From positions 1-42,197 of IMG/VR virus record IMGVR_UViG_3300042997_001027: DNA of 42,197 nt; one strand, given 5' to 3'. The notes beneath the pieces are model-generated. The model was given only the letters and a program-made list of their open reading frames with translations, was not told the DNA's origin and ran no database searches. The stretch is from a virus (Duplodnaviria; Caudoviricetes). Of this stretch, positions 35,339 through 42,197 are shown piece after piece (position 1 is the first letter of the stretch; each line of letters starts with the position of its first letter). The position numbers and the translations under genes are program-made.

Positions 35339-35412
35339 TGACCCAGGATGGACTCGAACCATCGACCTCACCCATTTTCAGGGTGCGCTCTAACCAACTG
35401 AGCTACCGGGTC
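35339..35412 (-). tRNA. tRNA with non-canonical anticodon loop (UGAAAAU; Phe-like or undetermined)
   Basis: Full cloverleaf GACCCGG-TA-GCTCAGTTGGTTAGAGC-G-CACCC-TGAAAAT-GGGTG-AGGTC-GATGGTTCGAGTCCATC-CTGGGTC-A; no encoded CCA. Confidence 0.85.
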
Positions 35413-35417
35413 GTAAG

Positions 35418-35478
35418 GACTCTTCTGACTAGCGACGCTCTTATCGCAGAGCGGGCGTTGGTCGGTGCCTGAAGAGTC
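35418..35478 (-). ncRNA. long hairpin unit E
   Basis: GACTCTTC/GAAGAGTC base and CGCTCT/AGAGCG apex. Confidence 0.5.
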
Positions 35479-35505
35479 TAACTTGAATGTCAAAAGAACT
35501 GAAAG

Positions 35506-35580
35506 TGGAGTCGGCGGGTCCGTTTTTACGGCCCTCCCACACACGGTGGGATTGCGCAGCTCGGTCATTCGAGCGCCGAC
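35506..35580 (-). ncRNA. 75-nt cloverleaf ending in TCCA (tRNA mimic, unit D)
   Basis: GTCGGCG/CGCCGAC 7-bp stem plus TCCA, three internal hairpins, no TTC loop. Confidence 0.65.
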
Positions 35581-35585
35581 AAAAG

Positions 35586-35662
35586 TGAAACCGGGTAGCA
35601 AATCCACGCCTCTTTCTGGACGCTTATGCGGATGCTTGCGGGGCTTCTCAACCCCTCCCGGC
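35586..35662 (-). ncRNA. structured RNA unit C
   Basis: GCCGGG/CCCGGT closing stem; GGGGTT-GAGA-AGCCCC. Confidence 0.5.
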
Positions 35663-35673
35663 ACTAAAGGTAT

Positions 35674-35746
35674 TGGCGGTCCATTCATCAAGAGGCATAC
35701 GGTGCGTGCTTTGAGGTGAAGGGGTTTGTTCCAACCCCACCCGCCA
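35674..35746 (-). ncRNA. structured RNA unit B
   Basis: TGGCGG/CCGCCA closing stem; GGGGTT-GGAACA-AACCCC. Confidence 0.5.
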
Positions 35747-35750
35747 GATG

Positions 35751-35863
35751 TGGAGAGTCGCCTTTAGTCTTTTCGCTCACGTCCAGGCAGTTGTTGCTGT
35801 TTGGCTGTGGTTCACTGCCCCGGCGTGTGGCCGAGGACTTACGGTAGATTTATCGGGCGACTC
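35751..35863 (-). ncRNA. structured RNA unit A ending in TCCA
   Basis: GAGTCGCC/GGCGACTC 8-bp stem plus TCCA; inner GTCC/GGAC, TCGGC/GCCGG and GGCAGT/ACTGCC. Confidence 0.6.
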
Positions 35864-35960
35864 AAAGAACAGCAGGGTAGTTAACCCTGACTCGAACATA
35901 CAATCAGATGCCCAAGCGTTTGACAAGATAAATCTGCAAATAAACGAAAATAGTTTTTAC
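35862..35960 (-). promoter_or_regulatory. putative promoter and boxB/boxA-like leader of the RNA operon
   Basis: AT-rich tract, TTGTCA, TGTATGTT, hairpin CAGGGT/ACCCTG, then TGTTCTTTGA. Confidence 0.55.
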
Positions 35961-36014
35961 CCCCCATTTTCATTGGGGTTTTCGGGGTATTCCGAACTAC
36001 TGTGCGTCCAGGAC

Positions 36015-37856
36015 CTATGAGGCAGGAGGGGCCTCGGAAGGCTGCTCCACAGGCTTTTCCTCTGGGGGAGGGGGCGGTGGAGGAGCCAGGAAGCCAAACG
36101 CCAACGCCGGCACGAACTGCATTACCTCGCAGTCCCACAAGTGATTAGCTCGCTTACCAATTCGCTTCCACTCTGGCTTGCCTGCCAGGTTCTTCGTGCG
36201 CACCTCCGACTCCATCTGGTCAATGTAGTCCTGGCCGCTGTCCGCAGATGTCGTGTGCTTACCAACCTTACGCATACGAGAGAGCTGGTCCTTCAACGCC
36301 AAGTTGGAGAAGTGATGGACTCGAACAGGCCCTGTCCCAACATTCACCATACGCGCGGGAGCGTAGACTTTGCCAACCGGCTTACGACCCTTTGGTGTCT
36401 CCACCATCCAAGTAAACTCGTAGCGAGCATCCCCTCGTAGGGCCGTCCACTTATTGATACCACACTGACGGATGACGTCGTCGAACTGGTCACCACAGTC
36501 AACATATGTCAAAGCTGGATGAACCTCGTAAGTCTTCCCCATCGAGATTACGTCTTCCCAAGTCTGCACATACCTCCACTTTATTAGGCGGCTATCCCCG
36601 CCCTCTGCCCATCCACGGACAAGGCAAAAGAAGCCCTCGCGCTGCACGTCCACGGACATGAACCGAGCTCGTATCTGCTTCTCCCGCTTGTGGTCGGTGT
36701 GTATCTTGCGCGAACCAGGGTCGATGCGGGCTTCCTTGTCCCACTCTTCACCCATCTTGTAGTCCCCAATCGTTTGTAGGCTTCCGAAATCATCAGGGGC
36801 ATCCGACCAAAAGTGCGCCAACTGCTTCTGTTTGAAAATCTGCATCGCTTTTGCGTCCCCATTGACGTCTAGCATAAGCTTCGCCCGGACATACATCTCT
36901 GCCATAGAGCCCCAGGAACGGGCCGCCAAGCCACTCCAAGTGTAGCCGTGGTTCGCAGGGTCGGCCGAGGGGGATGTAATGGCGTAGAAGCCCGTAGCGT
37001 TGAAGTCATCACGGTTGGAGCGGGTATCCGCAAACTGCTTCTTGCACCCCTCGCACTCATACTTGGTTTCTCGCTTGATGAGGCCGTAGTCAAAGTCCCC
37101 GTCTCGTTGCATGGCGTCGGGTATCTTGACTTGGTCCCAATTCCAAGGCTGCCTATGACCGCAGGAAGGACAGGCGAACGACCACACCCTCTGGTCCGTA
37201 GTCTTCCAAACGCCCTCCGTATCGTCGCCCACAAAGCTACCCTGCGACATGAAGATGCGCTTACCCAACCAACCGAATGAGGTCACACGCGCGGAAGCTT
37301 CCGCAAGATGCCCCGCCGGCCAGAGCCAGGTCTCATCACCCACCAACCATCGAATAGACCGCCGTTGTAGGTTCTTCTCATTGAACGCCCCCAAACACCA
37401 AAAGGTCATGTCCTCCGTCTGCACCGTCCCCGACTTCTTCCCTGTTTCGTCCTTCTGAAGCTTGGCGATAACCGGTGGCACGTTCTCCCAAAGCACCCGC
37501 AAGCGGGACTGCATCCAGTCCGCAGCGTTAGAGTCCTGGTCGTTCAGGTAGAGCGTAGGCGCCGGCTGCCGCGCAATAATAAAGCACGACAGCATCTCCG
37601 CCATCAAGCTCTTGCCCGACTGAATGGGCGCGATGGTCACGACAAGCCTGACCTCCGGGTCCGCACACGCTCGGAGCGGCTCCGCCAACCAAGGCGTCTC
37701 CTGCACCCGAAACCCCGAAGGCATCGGCGAGAAAGGTATCTGCCTGATGTTCTCCTCCAACCAAGTAACGATGTCCCCACCCTCATCCGGGCGGAACACC
37801 CTCCTGATGCGGGACTCCAACTGGTCGGCTATAGCCTCCTTTTGAGCAGGGGTCAT
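36015..37856 (-). CDS. terL: terminase large subunit, GpA family
   Basis: APIQSGKS Walker A, LVGDE Walker B, CPSC/CEGC, SVDVQ and NHLWDCE nuclease motifs. Confidence 0.93.
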   Translation of the reverse strand: MTPAQKEAIADQLESRIRRVFRPDEGGDIVTWLEENIRQIPFSPMPSGFRVQETPWLAEPLRACADPEVRLVVTIAPIQSGKSLMAEMLSCFIIARQPAPTLYLNDQDSNAADWMQSRLRVLWENVPPVIAKLQKDETGKKSGTVQTEDMTFWCLGAFNEKNLQRRSIRWLVGDETWLWPAGHLAEASARVTSFGWLGKRIFMSQGSFVGDDTEGVWKTTDQRVWSFACPSCGHRQPWNWDQVKIPDAMQRDGDFDYGLIKRETKYECEGCKKQFADTRSNRDDFNATGFYAITSPSADPANHGYTWSGLAARSWGSMAEMYVRAKLMLDVNGDAKAMQIFKQKQLAHFWSDAPDDFGSLQTIGDYKMGEEWDKEARIDPGSRKIHTDHKREKQIRARFMSVDVQREGFFCLVRGWAEGGDSRLIKWRYVQTWEDVISMGKTYEVHPALTYVDCGDQFDDVIRQCGINKWTALRGDARYEFTWMVETPKGRKPVGKVYAPARMVNVGTGPVRVHHFSNLALKDQLSRMRKVGKHTTSADSGQDYIDQMESEVRTKNLAGKPEWKRIGKRANHLWDCEVMQFVPALAFGFLAPPPPPPPEEKPVEQPSEAPPAS

Positions 37857-38632
37857 TTCTCGTCCTCCATCTCCCCAAGGGTATCGTCCGTAAAGTCCTC
37901 AAGCGAACCACCCTCCTGCGGTGTGTCCTCATCTTCTAGGTCTTTCACCACCCCAAAGAACGCCGCGTTAGCAGGCGCCGCCGGCTTAATCCCAATCTCA
38001 TCCTCCCCAATCCCAGGCGAACGGTCACGCACATCTGGACTGTATTCCGAAATCTTCCGAAAAAGGTCATCCCGAAAATCTCTAAACGCCTTCAAAGCTT
38101 TTGGGGGGTTATCAGGATTTGCCTTGGGGGCCACCGTTAACTCCGCCCGCTCTATTAGGTTTCTTAACTGACCCATCACCTTCGCAAAACGCATAGCCGC
38201 CACCTCCGCATCAATCAACTTACCCTCCTCCTGGATACGGATAAACCGCTCCTTCTCCAAACGCAATAGGGTAGCCACCGCCCGGTCATAGTTCGCATAC
38301 AGCTTCCCCTGCGCAGGGTCACCCGACTGCAACGCCTGCATAAAAACCTGTCTCGTCAATGAGCACAACTCCGTCTGCTCGCTCACGCGCGTATCCATCT
38401 CCGAGTTTCCTGTCTCCCCCGTAACCGACTTCAGGATACTATCCAAGTCCCCAAGGTTCAACGGCTGCACCGGCTGACTGATGTGCCCCTTGCTCTGCAT
38501 CTCAATCTTCCGACGGTCACGCCACGCCCGAGCCTCCTCTATCGAGTCTCCAGGCATACCCTCCTTAACGAGCTGTGATACTCGCCCCTTCGTCAGCCCA
38601 AGGGCCGCTGCTATTTCGCTTTGTGATGCCAT
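37853..38632 (-). CDS. terS: terminase small subunit (Nu1-like)
   Basis: N-terminal HTH SQSEIAAALGLTKGRVSQLVKEGMP; ATGA overlap with terL. Confidence 0.8.
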   Translation of the reverse strand: MASQSEIAAALGLTKGRVSQLVKEGMPGDSIEEARAWRDRRKIEMQSKGHISQPVQPLNLGDLDSILKSVTGETGNSEMDTRVSEQTELCSLTRQVFMQALQSGDPAQGKLYANYDRAVATLLRLEKERFIRIQEEGKLIDAEVAAMRFAKVMGQLRNLIERAELTVAPKANPDNPPKALKAFRDFRDDLFRKISEYSPDVRDRSPGIGEDEIGIKPAAPANAAFFGVVKDLEDEDTPQEGGSLEDFTDDTLGEMEDEK

Positions 38633-38674
38633 TTATCTTTATGAGTGTTTTCAGCCAAATCTAAACTTGCCGGG

Positions 38675-39433
38675 TCAAAGTGCGGTGTCACAAGACCCCG
38701 AGTCCCCCCCTTTTTGAATAATAGATTTCTTGACCGGGGGTGGGGGGGTGGGGGGGGTATGGTGGCTGGGAAGTTTATTATGTTTAATGGGTGTTAAGGT
38801 CTGTTGGGCTCCTAATCCCATTTGGAGTTGTTGGATTGGTGTGGCTTGCGTGGCTTGGGTTCTGGGACGCTTTGATGGCTTGGCAGAGCGCTTGGTAGCG
38901 TTGCGTTGCCAGGCGTCGGCGTAAGCCTTGCAGGCGGCCTCGCTACGCATGTATTGGGACGGTGAGAGGTTGAAGAGTTGTTGGATACGCTTGACCTTCT
39001 TTGATACGAATTGGCGTGAGCAGTCACGCTGCTTGGCGAGCTCTGTCTCGGATGGGGGGTCCCCGATGCCGAAGGCTATGAGGATGCAGCGTGCTTGGAA
39101 GAGGCAGTCCGGGCTCTCTGACAGTTGCATGGCCATGACTACGCGGCGTATGACCTCTTGCACTTCATCGTCTGTGTATGTGCGCATGGGGGTGAGGTCG
39201 GGTGGGTCGATGGCTATCTCCTCCTCGTATGAGAAGGCTATGTGGTCGGCCTTGACCTCGAAGGTGTAGTTACCGTCCCCCTCACGTAGCTCTGGGCCGA
39301 GGCCTTGGGCTATGAGGTTGCGTTGGGTATCTGCTGCTTGGTTGGAGAACCAGTGAGCATACGCATCTATGCCTGTCTTGTTGTATGGCATAGTGACCTC
39401 TCTGTATTGGCTATCAGGGGGTTGTGCGTCCAT
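38675..39433 (-). CDS. HTH protein, sigma-region-4-like (start may be 39391)
   Basis: SETELAKQRDCSRQFVSKKVKRI; low-complexity C-terminal tail. Confidence 0.6.
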   Translation of the reverse strand: MDAQPPDSQYREVTMPYNKTGIDAYAHWFSNQAADTQRNLIAQGLGPELREGDGNYTFEVKADHIAFSYEEEIAIDPPDLTPMRTYTDDEVQEVIRRVVMAMQLSESPDCLFQARCILIAFGIGDPPSETELAKQRDCSRQFVSKKVKRIQQLFNLSPSQYMRSEAACKAYADAWQRNATKRSAKPSKRPRTQATQATPIQQLQMGLGAQQTLTPIKHNKLPSHHTPPTPPPPVKKSIIQKGGDSGSCDTAL

Positions 39434-39714
39434 TAGACAAGGGGTTGGGATTTGTCATCCCCACAGGGGGAGCACTGGTTCGCATGAGGCATACTTATGA
39501 GTGTGTTGGAAAGGACGTATTCCGCTTGACGAGGGCTTCCTAGCCCCACATAGAGAGCAATCGAACTGCTGCCATTTGAGTATTCGATTATCGCATCGCG
39601 CTGACGCGCTCGCTCATCACCGGTTTGAGAGTCCGATTTGAGATGCGTGAGATGTTCAAATGCTGCGTCCATTGGGATTAGGAGTCTTTTGCGAGCTCGT
39701 TCAGAATGGTTCAT
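39433..39714 (-). CDS. hypothetical protein
   Basis: Start moved to MNHSER; fills the gap between neighbours. Confidence 0.4.
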   Translation of the reverse strand: MNHSERARKRLLIPMDAAFEHLTHLKSDSQTGDERARQRDAIIEYSNGSSSIALYVGLGSPRQAEYVLSNTLISMPHANQCSPCGDDKSQPLV

Positions 39715-41767
39715 TGGAGAGCGTAGTGATGGCAGCGTCCGTCCACTTGACGCCATGCCACACGCCCCTGCGGTGGTCCCAGATGATGACCGGGTTCGAG
39801 TTGGATAGACGGATGAGGTGATTGGCCACATCGCCTGCGGTAGCGGTTCCTACGCCCAATTTGTGGGCTATGTAGCGAACCAGGTTGCTGTGCTCTGGGT
39901 CGTTGTGGTGCTCCGTTGGCGGCATGTCTATCATCTTGGTCAAGTCCTTCATCGAGAAGTTGGTCAGGACGTTCTCGTCGTTGACCTCCCAAAGGATGCG
40001 TCCCTCTGCGTGTCGGAGGTTTACGAACGCTGTGGGCTTGCCGTCCTTGTCGAGGATGCCGGCACGCTTACCCCGCTTGGTGAGAACCAGCTCAAAGAAT
40101 GGGCGTATCTTATCGGTGCGTCTCAATACGGCGACCTCACGCGCCCAGTTCACGAGCTCACTGGAACCAATACCGCTGTATGCGAGGTCGGAAACCGTCG
40201 CTGCCGAGCTCTCTTCCTTCGCTCTGGGCTTTCCCGTGTGGTGTAGGAACACCCAGACCACGTTTGTTTCCATCAGGACTGGCGTAATCCAATTGCGGAG
40301 AAACTGAGACGCATACGCTTGGTCGCTAATCGCGCCGCCGGCGAACGCCAGAAGAGGGTCTGCAAAGAAGAAGTCGGCCTTGTTGTGGACGATAAGCTTG
40401 CGTGCCTGCTTGACGAACTCTAGCCCGACCTTGACCGTTTCCCGGTAGAACTTCACGTTCGTGCGCAATAGGGTCTTCTCTTTGTCCGTCAGGGACATGC
40501 TGCCCACGATGCCCTTGAAGGCCTCGGCCAAATCTCCAGTGTCGTTCTCGGCCTGCATTACGATGCACTTGTATGGGCGCGTGACCTGAATGTTGAAGAA
40601 GGGTCGGCCAATGGCCAACATGATTGCCATTTGCATCAGGAAGCTGGACTTGCCTATGCCAGACTGGCCGATGACGCACAATGAACCGCCTTGGCAGAGC
40701 CAGCGATTGCCGAGCACTGTGGTCGGGTCGTTGTCCGTGTCATACTCCATCAGCTGGTCGACGGTGAGCTCGTCCGGGACTTCGCTGTTCTCAAGGTATG
40801 CGAGCCAGTCATCCCAATTGGATTGGCCGACATTGAGCGCAACGATGCGTTGCTCGTGTTCGCCGCGGAAGACGCCGCCGAGCCTAGACCACCTTGAAGG
40901 GTTCTTGGTCATCTCATCTGGCTCGTAGTCGGAGAGGTAATCGAAGACCTGTTGCCGCCGGACCTTCCAGTCCTCGTAGTCCTTGGCGTCCACGCGCACC
41001 CATGCGTGCAAGCTCTTGCCGCCAGAGTCAATGATGGCTGATATAGGCAGCTGCGACTGCTTGAAGATGGCGAACTGTTCGTCCTTCGGGCGCGTGTCAA
41101 ACTCGACCAGGACGTGACGGAAGATAGCAACGCTATCGTCTCGGCCAGCAAAGTCGCCTGGCTTGATGGGATTGATGCGGACCCACGCCCCCTGCGGGCG
41201 GTCACGGAACATCGCCCTGTCCGAGGGATTAGGACCAAAGAAGTTGTCCAACCACCACTTGACGGTCTGGAACGTTCCCTTGCTCGCTGGGAAGTAGCGG
41301 CCGTCGTCGTCCTCGCCGGCTTCGTTCGTGATGCAGATGACCTCGTCGTCCTTGAAACAGTTTTCGAGTAGCTGAGCCGTCGTGAAGCGCTCTCTGTCTG
41401 GCACTTGCGATAGGCTTCCCAAGTCCACCTTGAACTTACCCGACTGCGTGACGTTGGTGATGGGTTGATGCTTGCGCGGTCCCAAGTCGCGCGGGTTGTC
41501 GGTGAGCAGCCAGCCGCGAGGCTTGCTATGGGTCTTCGCCATAGCATCCTTCATCTTGTGCCGGAGGTCGCTCTCGCCCCAAGGCGGTGAGCACTTCATG
41601 TTGTATGCTTGAAGAAGCATCCAAGCTTCCTGCTCTGATAGGTTAAAGCCGTGGTAGAGAGAGATGGCGAGCGAGTAAGTCTGTCCGTGTCCATCCTGTC
41701 CTGCTACCGCCGGCGGGGTTGCAGCCATGTAACGGGCCGCGCGTTCGTAAGGGGTCGTCGTGGTCAT
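39701..41767 (-). CDS. primase-helicase (PriCT-like + AEP/RepB-like primase + AAA_25 RecA-type helicase)
   Basis: CSPPW..DL..K; LVEFD and DSGGKSLHAW; GQSGIGKS, FFADP, HHTGK; start moved to MTTTT. Confidence 0.85.
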   Translation of the reverse strand: MTTTTPYERAARYMAATPPAVAGQDGHGQTYSLAISLYHGFNLSEQEAWMLLQAYNMKCSPPWGESDLRHKMKDAMAKTHSKPRGWLLTDNPRDLGPRKHQPITNVTQSGKFKVDLGSLSQVPDRERFTTAQLLENCFKDDEVICITNEAGEDDDGRYFPASKGTFQTVKWWLDNFFGPNPSDRAMFRDRPQGAWVRINPIKPGDFAGRDDSVAIFRHVLVEFDTRPKDEQFAIFKQSQLPISAIIDSGGKSLHAWVRVDAKDYEDWKVRRQQVFDYLSDYEPDEMTKNPSRWSRLGGVFRGEHEQRIVALNVGQSNWDDWLAYLENSEVPDELTVDQLMEYDTDNDPTTVLGNRWLCQGGSLCVIGQSGIGKSSFLMQMAIMLAIGRPFFNIQVTRPYKCIVMQAENDTGDLAEAFKGIVGSMSLTDKEKTLLRTNVKFYRETVKVGLEFVKQARKLIVHNKADFFFADPLLAFAGGAISDQAYASQFLRNWITPVLMETNVVWVFLHHTGKPRAKEESSAATVSDLAYSGIGSSELVNWAREVAVLRRTDKIRPFFELVLTKRGKRAGILDKDGKPTAFVNLRHAEGRILWEVNDENVLTNFSMKDLTKMIDMPPTEHHNDPEHSNLVRYIAHKLGVGTATAGDVANHLIRLSNSNPVIIWDHRRGVWHGVKWTDAAITTLSNEPF

Positions 41768-41826
41768 TGGCGATGATAACCTTTGACCGCTATTCATCGG
41801 TGTCAACCACCATCACGAAAGTTTCT

Positions 41827-42147
41827 TCAACTTTCCATCTCGAACAGCGAACCATCCTCATCGTCTTTCTTTCGGCTCTTCTTGGCGTGCGTCTCTGCAA
41901 GACCCTTGCTCATGCCCTCACGGACGAGGAGCATCGCTTTGGCAAAGGAGGCGGCGACTGGTTCGCCCGGTATGCCTGATGCCTCTGCCATCTGTGCGTG
42001 CAGTGCCTGCTGCGCGTGTATCCAGGGATTGATGTGGTGCATCTTCACATCGGACTTGTAAGAGAAGGCCGAGCTGATGGTGGTGTATTTATCCCGCATC
42101 CGCATTTGTGCGTGGACGGTGATGAGCTTCTCGCTCGCCTTGACCAC
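41827..42147 (-). CDS. hypothetical protein (may begin outside the window)
   Basis: 106 aa ORF on the same strand as its neighbours. Confidence 0.45.
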   Translation of the reverse strand: MVKASEKLITVHAQMRMRDKYTTISSAFSYKSDVKMHHINPWIHAQQALHAQMAEASGIPGEPVAASFAKAMLLVREGMSKGLAETHAKKSRKKDDEDGSLFEMES

Positions 42148-42197
42148 GGACTGATAGATGATGGTGACCGCTTGGTCGCCGTTGGTCGCCTCAATGG

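Noticed and set aside
34077-36138. Short ORFs in the terL-gpW interval (e.g. 34077-34448, 34765-35208, 34893-35183, 35368-35691)
   Set aside because: They overlap the tRNA and tRNA-like folds on both strands, mostly use non-ATG starts and show no protein-like motifs
1-42197. Stop-codon reassignment or prophage status
   Set aside because: Core genes are intact in the standard code and no suppressor anticodon is present; no integrase, att site or host genes are visible, so lifestyle cannot be called

Overview
About 42 kb of a tailed dsDNA phage with a lambda-like (GpA terminase, lambda-type portal, S49 protease) siphovirus module. No integrase or endolysin is recognisable in the window. Layout: 1-7.5 kb holds small early genes in two divergent blocks with sigma70-like, often leaderless promoters. 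7.5-34 kb (minus strand) holds membrane/lysis genes, tail fibres, tail, head-completion, capsid, scaffold, protease, portal and gpW. 36-42 kb holds terL, terS, an HTH protein and a primase-helicase. The main result is a ~1.8 kb non-coding locus between terL and gpW (34.1-35.9 kb, minus strand). By eye it is a tandem operon of about 12 structured RNAs: one tRNA with an abnormal anticodon loop, two enlarged tRNA-like RNAs with no anticodon loop, several NCCA-terminated RNAs and larger GNRA-rich RNAs, punctuated by four rRNA-operon-type boxA motifs. A second result is a compact (T/A)NGACA-N5-CCA motif 13-17 nt before many late start codons, too close to be a normal -35. All protein calls come from motifs and gene order, and all RNA folds were made by hand. 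No database searches or folding programs were run.
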